Origin: Opitutales bacterium
GTDB taxonomy: Bacteria; Verrucomicrobiota; Verrucomicrobiia; Opitutales; JAFGAQ01
Direction: 5' to 3'
Assembly: GCA_022361075.1 (NCBI GenBank)
Contig: JAKSBQ010000466.1
Span: 7,680 to 71,679 of the forward strand
Length of the DNA: 64,000 bases
Of this stretch, positions 24,284-34,579 are shown piece by piece; the stretch's first letter is position 1, and each line of letters opens with the position of its first letter. Both the position numbers and the translations under genes were made by a program. Under the pieces are notes generated by a model. The model worked only from the letters and a program-made list of their open reading frames with translations. It had not been told where the DNA came from and made no database searches.

Positions 24284-24630
24284 TGGAAGCTTTTTACGCC
24301 ATTCTCATCGGTATCCTGTTCGCAGGGGGAATCTACGGAATTCTTCGCAGGAGCATGGTAAGAGTGATTGTGGGAATCATTTTACTCAGTCAGTCGATCA
24401 ACCTGCTTGTTTTCTTCTCCGGAGGAGCCAACCGGGGTAAACCTGCCATTATGGACGGCGAAACAGCCCCCTCATTCAGCACGATGGCAGACCCTCTTCC
24501 TCAGGCACTCGTGCTCACTGCGATCGTGATCGGTTTTGGTCTCATCGCATTTGTCATTGTGCTTTTCCAACGAGTCTTCTCACGCCTGCAAACCGACGAC
24601 ACTCAAGAACTCTTCAAAACAGACTCATGA
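24283..24630 (+). CDS. mrpC: Mrp antiporter subunit C (NuoK-like)
   Basis: The start MEAFYAILIG (ATG 24283) overlaps the mrpB stop by 1 nt. About 115 aa with three TM helices; ALVLTAIVIGFG is typical of the NuoK/MnhC family. Confidence 0.85.
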   Translation: MEAFYAILIGILFAGGIYGILRRSMVRVIVGIILLSQSINLLVFFSGGANRGKPAIMDGETAPSFSTMADPLPQALVLTAIVIGFGLIAFVIVLFQRVFSRLQTDDTQELFKTDS

Positions 24631-26150
24631 CGGAAAATTTACTCATTCTGCCTATCTTGATTCCACTTGCTTGCGCGGTATTCTGTATATTTCTGAGGAA
24701 TCAGAGTCGTGTACAAAACGGCATCGCTATTTTAGGAGGTGGCGGCTTGTGCTTGGCGGCTGCTTTAATTGTAAAAGCGGTCATTGATCGACAAATCCTT
24801 GTGCTTGACGTCGGTGCTTGGGGCGCACCGTGGGGGATCGTCCTGGTCGCCGACTACCTGACTGCAGCCATGTTGGCGGTTTCGTCCGTTGTTGCACTTG
24901 CATCGGTCATTTACGCTATTCACACCATTTCAGATACTGAAAAGAAACTTTATTATGTACCACTCATCAACTTCCTGATGATGGGCGTAAACGGCGCATT
25001 TCTGACCGGCGACCTGTTCAATCTCTATGTCTGGTTTGAAGTGATGTTGATCGCATCATTCGTTCTGATGATCCTGCAGGGAAAACGCAGCCAGCTCGAA
25101 GCAGGCTTCAAGTATGTAACGATCAACATTTTTTCTTCTTTCATCTTTCTCGCAGGTATCGGGATCCTCTACGGAAAAACCGGAACGCTCAACATGGCCC
25201 ACATCGCCGTGGCAATCGAACAATCGGAGAATGCCGAATTTATCAATTCTACTATTGTGCTCTTGCTTGTCGCTTTCGGGATCAAATCCGCCATTTTCCC
25301 TCTGTTTTTCTGGCTGCCCGCATCCTACCACACTTTGCCGGGCCCGGTTGCAGCACTGTTCGCCGGTCTGTTGACGAAAGTGGGAGTCTACAGTTTCATG
25401 AGGACTTTTACCCTTTTCTTCGGCGACAAGGTGGAATTCTTTGCTTCCCTCCTGCTCATATTGGGTATTTTGACGATGGTCACAGGTGTATTTGGTGCAG
25501 CATCGAAGTATGATTCCAACAAGATCCTTTCTTTCCACATCATCTCTCAAATCGGATATATCGTCGTCGCGATGGCTTTATTTACGGAGTTCGCCTTAGC
25601 AGCGGCACTCTTCTACACAGTTCATCACATTTTAGTAAAATCAAACCTGTTCCTGGTGGCAGATATTTTCAACCGTCGCTTTGGAACCTCCGATCTGAAG
25701 AAAATGGGTAGTTTATACAAGACAGCACCTTTCCTGGCCCTCCTTTTTGCAATCCCGGCCATGTCTTTAGGAGGAATACCACCTTTTTCCGGATTTTGGG
25801 CAAAACTCACCGTAATATGGGCTGCGGTAGAGGCAGAACAACTCTTCGCTGCCGTTTGCGCCGTCCTAGTCGGCATTCTGACCCTGTACTCGATGGTAAA
25901 GATATGGGCAGAAGTTTTTTGGAAAGCTAAGGAGGATTCGGGGCCATCTATTCAGTCCCAGAAAACTCATCTTACTCAATATGTGGCTTCAATCATCCTC
26001 GCACTCTCCACACTGTGGATCAGTTTTCATCCGCAACCACTATTCGATTTCTCGAACCAGGCTGCAAAACAACTCAGCGAACCCAGTAAGTACATTGAAA
26101 CGGTGTTAGATCAATCAACGAAGGAGGACCGTCATGAAACTCATGATTAA
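24627..26150 (+). CDS. mrpD: Mrp antiporter subunit D (NuoM/N-like)
   Basis: 507 aa, a proton-conducting membrane transporter family pattern (FNLYVWFEVMLIASF, FPLFFWLPASYHTLPGPVAALFAGLLTKVGVY). Confidence 0.9.
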   Translation: MTENLLILPILIPLACAVFCIFLRNQSRVQNGIAILGGGGLCLAAALIVKAVIDRQILVLDVGAWGAPWGIVLVADYLTAAMLAVSSVVALASVIYAIHTISDTEKKLYYVPLINFLMMGVNGAFLTGDLFNLYVWFEVMLIASFVLMILQGKRSQLEAGFKYVTINIFSSFIFLAGIGILYGKTGTLNMAHIAVAIEQSENAEFINSTIVLLLVAFGIKSAIFPLFFWLPASYHTLPGPVAALFAGLLTKVGVYSFMRTFTLFFGDKVEFFASLLLILGILTMVTGVFGAASKYDSNKILSFHIISQIGYIVVAMALFTEFALAAALFYTVHHILVKSNLFLVADIFNRRFGTSDLKKMGSLYKTAPFLALLFAIPAMSLGGIPPFSGFWAKLTVIWAAVEAEQLFAAVCAVLVGILTLYSMVKIWAEVFWKAKEDSGPSIQSQKTHLTQYVASIILALSTLWISFHPQPLFDFSNQAAKQLSEPSKYIETVLDQSTKEDRHETHD

Positions 26151-26466
26151 GTGTTATCATTTCAGCATCTTTCTCTTCTTTTACATCAAAGAAGTTCTCA
26201 TCAGCAACGTGAAGGTAGCGATAGACGTGATATCTCCCAAACCCAGAATATCGCCAGGTATCGTAGCAATCAAACTGACCAAGCTTAATGAGAATGGCGT
26301 TTCCCTGCTTGCCAATTTTGTTTCCATGACTCCAGGAACCCTCGCGTTAGACTATGATTCTGAAAACGGAGAACTTTGGATCCACTCGATGTATCTGGAG
26401 GAAGAGGAGTCATTTGTGTCATACATTCAAAACCAATACGAAAACCCGATCGCTAAATTCCAATGA
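26134..26466 (+). CDS. mrpE: Mrp antiporter subunit E (short form)
   Basis: Assigned by position in the operon plus NVKVAIDVISPKPRISPGIVAIKL...VSLLANFVSMTPGTLALD, which is MnhE-like. At 110 aa it is shorter than the usual ~160 aa. Confidence 0.7.
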   Translation: MKLMIKCYHFSIFLFFYIKEVLISNVKVAIDVISPKPRISPGIVAIKLTKLNENGVSLLANFVSMTPGTLALDYDSENGELWIHSMYLEEEESFVSYIQNQYENPIAKFQ

Positions 26467-26744
26467 CCCCAGAATTCAATACCATCGCATGGATCTTTTG
26501 TTCGGTTCTAGTCTCGCTGGCTTTCCTGATGAATTTGATACGCATCTTCAAAGGTCCGAGTCTATCCGACCGAATCGTCTCCATTGATCTTGTGGCCGCA
26601 ATTCTGATGGTGGTCTTCATGGCAACTGGTGTTATTCAAAATAATGAGTTTCTACTATCGGTAGCTCTGGCAATCGCCATCGTCGTGTTTTTTGCCACAG
26701 TCGCTCTCGCAAAATACATGAATGATAAGGAGGATTTGAAATGA
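26463..26744 (+). CDS. mrpF: Mrp antiporter subunit F
   Basis: 93 aa, three TM helices, IRIFKGPSLSDRIVSIDL motif, 4-nt overlaps on both sides. Confidence 0.85.
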   Translation: MTPEFNTIAWIFCSVLVSLAFLMNLIRIFKGPSLSDRIVSIDLVAAILMVVFMATGVIQNNEFLLSVALAIAIVVFFATVALAKYMNDKEDLK

Positions 26745-27040
26745 AAGAGCTTTTCGTGTGGTTAACAATTTCACTCGCCTCCGTTTTTTGTCTAATCGCC
26801 TCCATCGGAATTCTCCGATTCAGGGATTTGTACATGCGCATTCATGCAGCTACCAAAGCCGGAGCATTTGGAGGTAGTTTGGCGGCCATCGCAGCAGGAA
26901 TCCATTTCAACACGCTTTCAGCCTGGATACACGCAATTCTGATCATCATTTTCTTCTACGCAACCACACCAGTAGCCGCACATCTGCTGAGTAAGCAATA
27001 CTACACCAAGGATAAAAAGGGCCACCAAAGAAACGGCTGA
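26741..27040 (+). CDS. mrpG: Mrp antiporter subunit G
   Basis: 99 aa. GILRFRDLYMRIHAATKAGAFG is the MnhG signature. It is the last gene of the operon. Confidence 0.85.
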   Translation: MKELFVWLTISLASVFCLIASIGILRFRDLYMRIHAATKAGAFGGSLAAIAAGIHFNTLSAWIHAILIIIFFYATTPVAAHLLSKQYYTKDKKGHQRNG

Positions 27041-27203
27041 CACGAAGAACAGAACCTTATTTTGAGTGGCAAAATGTCAGAAATTTTTATATACGTAAAT
27101 TTATATACGAATTTCTTTTCTTTTTTTTCATTTCGTGCAATACTATTCACATCTTGGACGTTTCCAAGTATGAACTCACAATCAAAATAGTTTAGGAGAA
27201 AAA

Positions 27204-27389
27204 ATGAATATCACAGACAATCATCAAATCGCGGAAAAAAATGCCCTGGATCGTGCCAGGATGGCCCGGAAGATCGAAAACCGTGTTCGTCCTCGCTCCC
27301 GTCTGAGGGAACTTACACGCTCCCGTACGAACCCCTATGAACACACTCAACTGAAGATTCAAGGGATGGGTTTATTGGGGAGGTTTTAA
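27204..27389 (+). CDS. Small highly basic hypothetical protein (61 aa)
   Basis: A strong SD (AGGAG) lies 6 nt upstream of the ATG. The protein is Arg-rich (RARMARKIENRVRPRSRLRELTRSRTNPY), and no family was recognised. Confidence 0.4.
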   Translation: MNITDNHQIAEKNALDRARMARKIENRVRPRSRLRELTRSRTNPYEHTQLKIQGMGLLGRF

Positions 27390-27418
27390 TCCAGCCACCA
27401 GTCACCTCTGCCTAAATA

Positions 27419-28084
27419 ATGGATATACTTTTATACATTTTAATTCCGCTCGCTCTCGGAATGTGGGCGCAAATGCGGGTCTCCGGTACCTACCGGAAGT
27501 ACAGTGAGGTCGGAGCAAGAAGCGGATTGACCGGTAAAGATGTCGCCAATTACATGCTCAAAAGATTCGGAATACATGATGTGGAGATCGTACCGATCCG
27601 CGGATTGCTCTCCGACCACTACAACCCCACCAACAAGCAACTCGCGCTCAGCGAACAAAACTTCTACGGAAAAAGCCTGGCAGCTTTGGGAGTCGCAGCT
27701 CACGAAGCAGGACACGCCATTCAGCATGCAGTTGGTTACCGCGCGCTCAAACTAAGAATGGCTCTTGTCCCGATCACGAGCATCTCTTCGCAAATGCTGC
27801 CATTCGTCATTATCGGAGGATTCCTCTTCGGAATCGCGGGTCTTATTCAGCTCGGAATTCTCGTCTACCTGGTGTTGACCGTGTTCCAGCTTGTCACACT
27901 CCCGGTAGAATTCGACGCCAGCAAGCGAGCTTCGGTGCAGCTCAGGGAGCTGGGAATTCTGGAATCCGACGAAATGGTGGGAGTTCACAAAACTCTAAAC
28001 GCTGCAGGGTGGACTTACATCGCAGCCTTCGTCGCTTCGCTAGGCAACCTTCTCTACCTGTTGCATCTTACACAGGAGGAATAA
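27419..28084 (+). CDS. Membrane zinc metallopeptidase (YugP/Zn_peptidase_2 family)
   Basis: N-terminal TM helix, HEAGHAIQH zinc motif, two C-terminal TM helices, 221 aa. Confidence 0.8.
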   Translation: MDILLYILIPLALGMWAQMRVSGTYRKYSEVGARSGLTGKDVANYMLKRFGIHDVEIVPIRGLLSDHYNPTNKQLALSEQNFYGKSLAALGVAAHEAGHAIQHAVGYRALKLRMALVPITSISSQMLPFVIIGGFLFGIAGLIQLGILVYLVLTVFQLVTLPVEFDASKRASVQLRELGILESDEMVGVHKTLNAAGWTYIAAFVASLGNLLYLLHLTQEE

Positions 28085-28120
28085 ACGACAGACTATCTTT
28101 AAAACACTCTCCCCCTTTAC

Positions 28121-28621
28121 ATGACACAATCTACAAAACCTATCGTATCGATCATCATGGGCAGTCAATCCGACTGGCCCACCATGCAACATGCAGCTGA
28201 GAAATTCGCCGAACTGAGTATCCCCTACGAAGCGGAGGTGGTTAGCGCCCATCGTACTCCAGACAAACTCTACGAGTTTGCGAAGAATGCGGAATCACGG
28301 GGTATCCGAATCATAATCGCAGGGGCAGGAGGATCTGCTCACCTGCCTGGGATGACGGCGGCTCTCACCTCAGTCCCCGTTCTGGGAGTGCCGATACTCT
28401 CAAAAAGTCTAAATGGTATCGATTCGCTCTTGAGCATTGTACAGATGCCAGGGGGAATCCCGGTCGCCACTTTTGCCATCGGCAAACCTGGCGCCATCAA
28501 CGCTGCACTGTTTGCAGCAAGCATATTGGCTTCCGACGATCCCGAAATCAAATCACAGCTCGAAAATTTTAGAAGCAAACAAACTCAAATCGTGCTCGAA
28601 AACTCAAATCCACAATCATGA
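28121..28621 (+). CDS. purE: N5-carboxyaminoimidazole ribonucleotide mutase (class I PurE)
   Basis: [17 protein letters not shown]...[11 protein letters not shown]...[14 protein letters not shown]...VLGVP. Confidence 0.95.
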   Translation: MTQSTKPIVSIIMGSQSDWPTMQHAAEKFAELSIPYEAEVVSAHRTPDKLYEFAKNAESRGIRIIIAGAGGSAHLPGMTAALTSVPVLGVPILSKSLNGIDSLLSIVQMPGGIPVATFAIGKPGAINAALFAASILASDDPEIKSQLENFRSKQTQIVLENSNPQS

Positions 28622-29745
28622 TACTTCCACCTGCTACTATTGGAATCCTCGGAGGAGGACAACTTGCCAGAATGATCGCCCTTGCCGGAAGGCGCATGGG
28701 TTACAGGTTTATCGTTTACGAACCTTCGGACGAGTGTCCGGCTGAGAGTGTTTGCGACCTCCGATTCAAAAATGACTATGACAACTATGGCGCACTCGCA
28801 GATTTCGCCTCCAAAATCGATGTCTGCACACTCGACTTTGAAAACGTGCCAAGCGAGGCCGCAAATTTTATACAAAGTTGTGTGCCTCTAAGACCCTCGG
28901 CTTACATGTTGAGCATCTGTCAAAACCGAAAGAAAGAAAAACTCTTTCTACAAGAGCATGGATTCCCTTGTGCCAAATTCGAGTTAATAAAAGGCCCTGA
29001 GAGTCTCTCTCGTGCAATCGATATCATCGGAACGCCTTCTGTTCTCAAAACTGCAGATTTTGGATACGACGGTAAGGGCCAAATCAAAATAGATCCCAAC
29101 ACCGATCCTTCGACCGCGTGGAGCTCACTCGACGCGCCGCTCGCTGTTCTCGAAGAATGGGTCAACCACCAAGGAGAGTATTCAGTGATCGTGTCAAGAG
29201 ATCCGGAAGGTAGAAAGAAAGCCTTCCCCATCTCGGAGAATCTACATGTCGATCACGTTCTTTTCAGCTCCACCATGCCAGCCTCTGTTAGCCCAGAAGA
29301 AGAAAAAGAAGCGGTAGAGATTGCTTATCAGATTGCCGACCAGTTCCAAATGATCGGGCTGGCAGCCATCGAGTTTTTCAGATCTGACAAGGGCTGGATC
29401 GTTAACGAAATTGCACCTCGTCCCCACAACTCGGGTCATCTCACGTTTGACGCTTGTAAAACCAGTCAGTTTGAACAATGCATCCGCGCGATATGCGGGC
29501 TCCCTCTCGGAGACACACACCTACTGACTCCAGGTGTCATGGTAAACCTTTTGGGTGACCACTGGCCTAATCTTGAACCCAACTGGAATCGAATCCTCGA
29601 GAATTCAAACCTAAAGCTGCATCTTTATGGAAAGGATATTCCGCGAAAGGGCCGCAAGATGGGGCACCTCACTCTGCTGGACGATGATATTCAAAAAGCT
29701 AGGCAAACCACTCATGAAGTGATGCAACTTTTGAAGGCATCTTAA
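28618..29745 (+). CDS. purK: N5-carboxyaminoimidazole ribonucleotide synthetase (ATP-grasp)
   Basis: [12 protein letters not shown], an ATP-grasp core ([14 protein letters not shown]), [12 protein letters not shown] and the KMGHLTLL tail. 4-nt overlap with purE. Confidence 0.9.
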   Translation: MILPPATIGILGGGQLARMIALAGRRMGYRFIVYEPSDECPAESVCDLRFKNDYDNYGALADFASKIDVCTLDFENVPSEAANFIQSCVPLRPSAYMLSICQNRKKEKLFLQEHGFPCAKFELIKGPESLSRAIDIIGTPSVLKTADFGYDGKGQIKIDPNTDPSTAWSSLDAPLAVLEEWVNHQGEYSVIVSRDPEGRKKAFPISENLHVDHVLFSSTMPASVSPEEEKEAVEIAYQIADQFQMIGLAAIEFFRSDKGWIVNEIAPRPHNSGHLTFDACKTSQFEQCIRAICGLPLGDTHLLTPGVMVNLLGDHWPNLEPNWNRILENSNLKLHLYGKDIPRKGRKMGHLTLLDDDIQKARQTTHEVMQLLKAS

Positions 29746-29826
29746 TTTATGATTTTTTTTTCATGTTTTTATTTGCATATATTTATTCTGACCATTACCT
29801 CCTGACGAAAATCTATTCTCACGGTT

Positions 29827-30804
29827 TTGAACATGGACAGTATCAGCATAATAACCACGAATCTTCTATCACCACCAGTCATCGCATTCGGTGCCGGACT
29901 TACTGCTCACATCGCAAGAAGTGACTTTAGATTTCCCACGCAACTCTACGAAGCACTGAGCATCTATCTATTGCTTGCGATCGGGTTCAAAGGCGGTGCT
30001 TCATTGCTATCCACACCAGCAAGTCAACTCATACTACCCATAGCTGCGGTCGCGATAGCGGGGATCTCGATCCCGATAGTTGCCTACTGGATTTGTAGAA
30101 AACTCCTGCGTTTCAGTGTAGATGACGCAGCAGCCATGGCCGCTCACTACGGATCCGTTTCAGCGGTAACCTTCATGGCCTGCATCTCATTTCTTGAGTT
30201 TCGCCAGATCGCCTATGAAAGTTATCTTCCCGCATTGATGGCCCTCATGGAAATACCTGCCATCGCAGTTGCGCTGATTCTTTTTCGACTGTCAAAGTCC
30301 GATCACAAAAGCACATCTCTTTCCGCTGTGGCTCACGAAGTGTTTGCCGGTAAGAGCATTTTCCTTCTCGTAACTGGCTTGATCGCGGGCGCACTGGCTG
30401 GACCTTCTGGCTTCGAACGAGCCAAACCTTTCTTGGTAGAACCTTTTTACGGGGTCCTGATCCTGTTTCTCCTTGAGATGGGCATCAACGCAGGTAAACA
30501 AATCACAGGACTAAGGGGATACGGCACCAAACTCGTGCTGTTCGGCATTGTCATGCCACTTCTTCAGGCACTGTTGGGGTTACTTCTCGCTAGAATGGCG
30601 GGTCTATCCGTTGGTGGGACCACCGCCTTCATGGTTTTGAGCGCAAGTGCGTCCTACATCGCGGCCCCTGCTGTAGTTCGAATTGCCATTCCGGAAGCCA
30701 ACCCCGGACGTTACGTCACCGCATCACTTGGAATTACTTTTCCTTTTAATCTCGCAGTCGGCATCCCTCTTTACTACGTGATAGCTTCATTAACAGCAGG
30801 ATAA
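29827..30804 (+). CDS. sbtA: SbtA-family (DUF897) sodium-dependent bicarbonate transporter-like permease
   Basis: 325 aa. LLSPPVIAFGAGLTAHIARSDFRFPTQLYEALSIYLLLAIGFKGGASL matches the Sbt_1 family N-terminus as I remember it. About ten TM helices. No PII-like sbtB follows. Confidence 0.7.
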   Translation: MNMDSISIITTNLLSPPVIAFGAGLTAHIARSDFRFPTQLYEALSIYLLLAIGFKGGASLLSTPASQLILPIAAVAIAGISIPIVAYWICRKLLRFSVDDAAAMAAHYGSVSAVTFMACISFLEFRQIAYESYLPALMALMEIPAIAVALILFRLSKSDHKSTSLSAVAHEVFAGKSIFLLVTGLIAGALAGPSGFERAKPFLVEPFYGVLILFLLEMGINAGKQITGLRGYGTKLVLFGIVMPLLQALLGLLLARMAGLSVGGTTAFMVLSASASYIAAPAVVRIAIPEANPGRYVTASLGITFPFNLAVGIPLYYVIASLTAG

Positions 30805-30842
30805 TAATCCAACATCAATTTCATCAGCAAACGTAGTCAATA

Positions 30843-33524
30843 ATGGAGAGTAAATCTTTTGGGGAGACCATCAACTGGGGTCTGAATCGCGCAGACCTAC
30901 ATTTTGAAAGTCTGGGGACACACATGACTCAGACGCTTCACCATATTGGCGAAGGAGAACTGGCAACTTGGTTGGAGAATCTCTTAAAAAATCAGGGAGA
31001 AGCAACAGGAGAGATACCGGAGAACGGTGTTTTTGCATTATCGCTGCTTTTGCAATTCATGAATTTGTCGGAAGAATTCGCCTCTCATGAAACTCGACGA
31101 CGACGGGAAACGGAGCATCTTGATGAGGTCGAATCCGGCCTGTGGAAACACGCGCTACTTGCGCTGAAGGAAGAGAAACTTGCTCTGCCCGCACTTCAAT
31201 CGCACATGGAGCACCAGGAGATCGAGATCGTTTTCACGAAACACCCGACAGAGGCCAAGCGTTGGCCCGTCATGGGTCTGCACCGTGAGCTTCGCAATCT
31301 GTTGAAAAAGGATCCCGATGAAGGTTTTCCTGGAGACGCTGCTTTGGTCTTTGAAACTGTCATCGAAAGACTTTGGCGCACCGGAGAAGTCTTTTTTGAG
31401 AAGCCAACTGTGGAGGACGAACTTGAAAATCTGCTGTACTATTTCAAACGCATCTTCCCAATCGCGCTTTCCGTAATGGATCAACGATTCGTTCACGCCT
31501 GGAAGCAGACGTTACCTGATCACAATTTACCCAAGCATCGCCCCCAAATTCGCTTTGGTTCCTGGGTGGGAGGAGATCGCGACGGACATCCATTCGTCAC
31601 AGCTGAGGTGACCGAAGCAACTTTAGAAAAACTCAAAACAAGTGCTTTGAACATCCTGAAAGAACATTTGAAGGACCTCGCCAATGCCCTTCCATTCCCG
31701 GCTGACTCAAACCTTAATGCTGAGATTCGGAACAACCTTCAAGAGCGCTTCGAACTTCCGGAAAAGGAATTCCAGGAGCCATGGAAAAACATCATTCTCA
31801 AGATTCGAAATCGCCTGCCGGGTAAAAAGAAAAATTCCAACGAATACGACAGTCCAGTAGGTCTCTTGAATGATCTTGAGTTCGTAAAAGAAAGCCTCTC
31901 TCAAATCGGAGCAGATCACATCGGCACACGCCACATAGATCCCGTCATTCGACTCGCAGAGGCGATCGGCTTTCATCTTGCCGTTCTCGATGTGAGAGAA
32001 AACAGTGACACTTACGTCTCGACTTTGACCGAACTGTTAACTGCTGCGGGAGTCGAGGGTGCAGAGCAGTTTTCAGAATGGCCTGAGGAGAAACGTGTGA
32101 AATTTCTTAATTCAGAATTGGCAAACCCTCGTCCACTCTGCCATCCGGACGTTCAACTGTCTGAGAGGTCACGAAAAACAATCGATACCTTCGCTCTGCT
32201 TTCAAAAACTTTAAAACAAGGTGGCCGTTCGCGACTCGGAACTCTCATCGTGAGCATGACTCGTAGTCTTTCTGATCTACTCGTGGTCTATACCCTGGCG
32301 AAAGAAACGGGAGTCGCCAAATGGGAGGACGGAAAGCTCCGCTGCCAACTTCCACTAGTCCCACTCTTCGAGACCGAATCCGATTTGCAAAACAGTGAAA
32401 CCATCATGAGGCAGTTTTTGCAGCACTCCGTCACTCAAAACAGTATCGGGAAATACTGGAAATGTGTCTCTACGGTCATGTTAGGATACAGTGACAGCAA
32501 CAAAGATAGTGGTATCATCGCGAGTCAGTGGGCTCTTCAAATTGCCCAGGAGAATCTTCGCAAAGTTTCGGAGGAGACCGGACAACCGATCAAGTTTTTC
32601 CACGGCCGTGGGGGAACGATCAGCCGCGGAGCAGGTCCGACGCACCGATTTTTGGAGGCATTGCCTAAAGGAAGCTTGAGAAGCGGACTTCGTCTAACAG
32701 AGCAGGGAGAAGTCATCGCTCAAAAATACAACAGCGTCGAAAATGCATCGATCAATCTGGAATATCTGGCAGCCAGCGTGCTCCGTTCATCGACAGAAGA
32801 TTTACACGCCTCAACCGCGTCCACTGACTGGAAAGAGGCGTTCGAAACACTATCGGTCGAGAGCAAAAAAAGCTACCGAAAGCTCCTCGAAAATGAGGGC
32901 TTCATGAGTTTTTACAGGAAAGCGACGCCCATTTCCGCAATTGAGCAAAGTCGAATCGGTTCCAGACCCTCTCGTCGCTCAGGTGCGGCCACGCTGCAGG
33001 ATCTGAGAGCGATCCCTTGGGTGTTCAGCTGGAATCAATCACGATTCTTCTTGCCTGGATGGTATGGAGTAGGAAGTGCCCTTCAGAAGCTTGCGGACGA
33101 AAATGAAGATCAGTTTGAGGTGCTTCAAAACGAAGTCAGTTCGGCTCCTTTTCTTCGCTACCTTTTCTACAACATTGAGATGAGCTTTGTGAGTGCAGAC
33201 GCTGACATCTTCAACGCATACGCTGCGATGGCCGACGATACTCCAAACGGCAGTGCGATTCACTCGATGATTCAAAACGAATTTGAGCTCACCGGAAAGA
33301 TGTTGAATCTGCTTTTCAAAGATCCTGTGGAGAAACGACGACCTCGTCTCATCTACACGATCAAAAACCGGGAAAAGTTTCTGAAACCCATTCACCAAAG
33401 ACAGATCAATCTACTGTTGGAGTGGGAGTCTACAAGTCCGGAATCAGAAAGCAGAGATCGCCTGATGAATGAGATCCTGGAAACGATCAACGCAATCGCG
33501 AGTGGGCTCAGGGCGACGGGGTAA
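30843..33524 (+). CDS. ppc: Phosphoenolpyruvate carboxylase
   Basis: VFTKHPTEAKR (TAHPTE motif), MLGYSDSNKDSG, FHGRGGTISRGAGP, and C-terminal GLRATG. 893 aa. Confidence 0.95.
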   Translation: MESKSFGETINWGLNRADLHFESLGTHMTQTLHHIGEGELATWLENLLKNQGEATGEIPENGVFALSLLLQFMNLSEEFASHETRRRRETEHLDEVESGLWKHALLALKEEKLALPALQSHMEHQEIEIVFTKHPTEAKRWPVMGLHRELRNLLKKDPDEGFPGDAALVFETVIERLWRTGEVFFEKPTVEDELENLLYYFKRIFPIALSVMDQRFVHAWKQTLPDHNLPKHRPQIRFGSWVGGDRDGHPFVTAEVTEATLEKLKTSALNILKEHLKDLANALPFPADSNLNAEIRNNLQERFELPEKEFQEPWKNIILKIRNRLPGKKKNSNEYDSPVGLLNDLEFVKESLSQIGADHIGTRHIDPVIRLAEAIGFHLAVLDVRENSDTYVSTLTELLTAAGVEGAEQFSEWPEEKRVKFLNSELANPRPLCHPDVQLSERSRKTIDTFALLSKTLKQGGRSRLGTLIVSMTRSLSDLLVVYTLAKETGVAKWEDGKLRCQLPLVPLFETESDLQNSETIMRQFLQHSVTQNSIGKYWKCVSTVMLGYSDSNKDSGIIASQWALQIAQENLRKVSEETGQPIKFFHGRGGTISRGAGPTHRFLEALPKGSLRSGLRLTEQGEVIAQKYNSVENASINLEYLAASVLRSSTEDLHASTASTDWKEAFETLSVESKKSYRKLLENEGFMSFYRKATPISAIEQSRIGSRPSRRSGAATLQDLRAIPWVFSWNQSRFFLPGWYGVGSALQKLADENEDQFEVLQNEVSSAPFLRYLFYNIEMSFVSADADIFNAYAAMADDTPNGSAIHSMIQNEFELTGKMLNLLFKDPVEKRRPRLIYTIKNREKFLKPIHQRQINLLLEWESTSPESESRDRLMNEILETINAIASGLRATG

Positions 33525-33529
33525 TCTCC

Positions 33530-34579
33530 TCAGCTCTTTGTCACGTTGCCTCCGCGGGACATCATGACCGCGATGGGCTGGGTGGCTTCAAAGTGCGAAA
33601 GCACGATCATCAATATCACCATGAAGGGGACACAGAGGAAGGCCCCGGGAATGCCCCACATGGTTCCCCAGAATGTAAGCGAAAGAAGAATCACCAATGG
33701 GCTGAGGTTGAGCGAATTCCCCATCAACCTTGGCTCAAGGAAATTGCCTATTAAGAACTGGAGAGAAGTAATTCCGATCGCGACCACGAAGAAGGGTGCA
33801 GTCAAATCAAACTGCATCAGTGCCAGCAACGACGGGAAAATGGTCGCAAGAATCGAACCGATGCTCGGGATGTAGTTGAGCAAAAAGATCAGCATCGCCC
33901 AAAAACTGGCAAATTCAAGATTGATGCCCACCATGATCACATAACTCAGAATTCCCGTTAGCGCACTTGTGAAAGTTTTGATACCGAGGTAAAGCCGAAC
34001 GTCCGACTGGATTTTTTTGATGATTCGGCGAATGTTTTCAAGTTGTTCGGGGTTCCTGGAAAGGTTCTGAAGTTTATTCGAAAAACTCTTCTGCTCGAGG
34101 AAAAGAAACATCAAATAAATGAGAATGAGCCCCGTACTACCAGCAATACTCGTGAGGCCAAGGGCCACTTCGGACATCATACGGCTCAGGTCGAGATCCT
34201 GTAGAAGCGTAGAAAGGCTTTCTGGCTCTTCCACGTTTGCCAACGTAAACAACCTGCTGACAATCGCCCCCACCTTCTCCCGATAGATCACTGATCCACT
34301 CGCGATGTTCGAAATGTTTGTCGAAATAATCTGAACCACCAGGCCTCCGATCCCCAGAATCGTAGCCACCGAAAAGATGAAGCAGATTGCTCTGGGGATT
34401 TTAAAACTGCGGTAGCGAATCGTACTAAAAGCGTAGGTCAGGATGTTAACCAAATACCAAATGAACAGGGCGTAAACAAACGGCAGTAGTAGATCCTTAC
34501 CCAATTTGAGGATGTAGAAGAGTAAGAATACGGTGATTAAACCTATAGCGAACCGAAACCCTTTCATCTGCTGCGACAT
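33530..34579 (-). CDS. AI-2E family transporter (PerM/YhhT, UPF0118)
   Basis: 349 aa, 7-8 TM helices, with LEPRLMGNSLNLSPLVILLSLTFWGTMWGIPGAFLCVP typical of the family. Confidence 0.8.
   Translation of the reverse strand: MSQQMKGFRFAIGLITVFLLFYILKLGKDLLLPFVYALFIWYLVNILTYAFSTIRYRSFKIPRAICFIFSVATILGIGGLVVQIISTNISNIASGSVIYREKVGAIVSRLFTLANVEEPESLSTLLQDLDLSRMMSEVALGLTSIAGSTGLILIYLMFLFLEQKSFSNKLQNLSRNPEQLENIRRIIKKIQSDVRLYLGIKTFTSALTGILSYVIMVGINLEFASFWAMLIFLLNYIPSIGSILATIFPSLLALMQFDLTAPFFVVAIGITSLQFLIGNFLEPRLMGNSLNLSPLVILLSLTFWGTMWGIPGAFLCVPFMVILMIVLSHFEATQPIAVMMSRGGNVTKS

Noticed and set aside
33524-33530. Terminators at tightly convergent gene ends (ppc/AI-2E here, and HK/Sel1 at 39208-39213)
   Set aside because: The stop codons are only 4-5 nt apart and no hairpin was visible. 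There is nothing to annotate.
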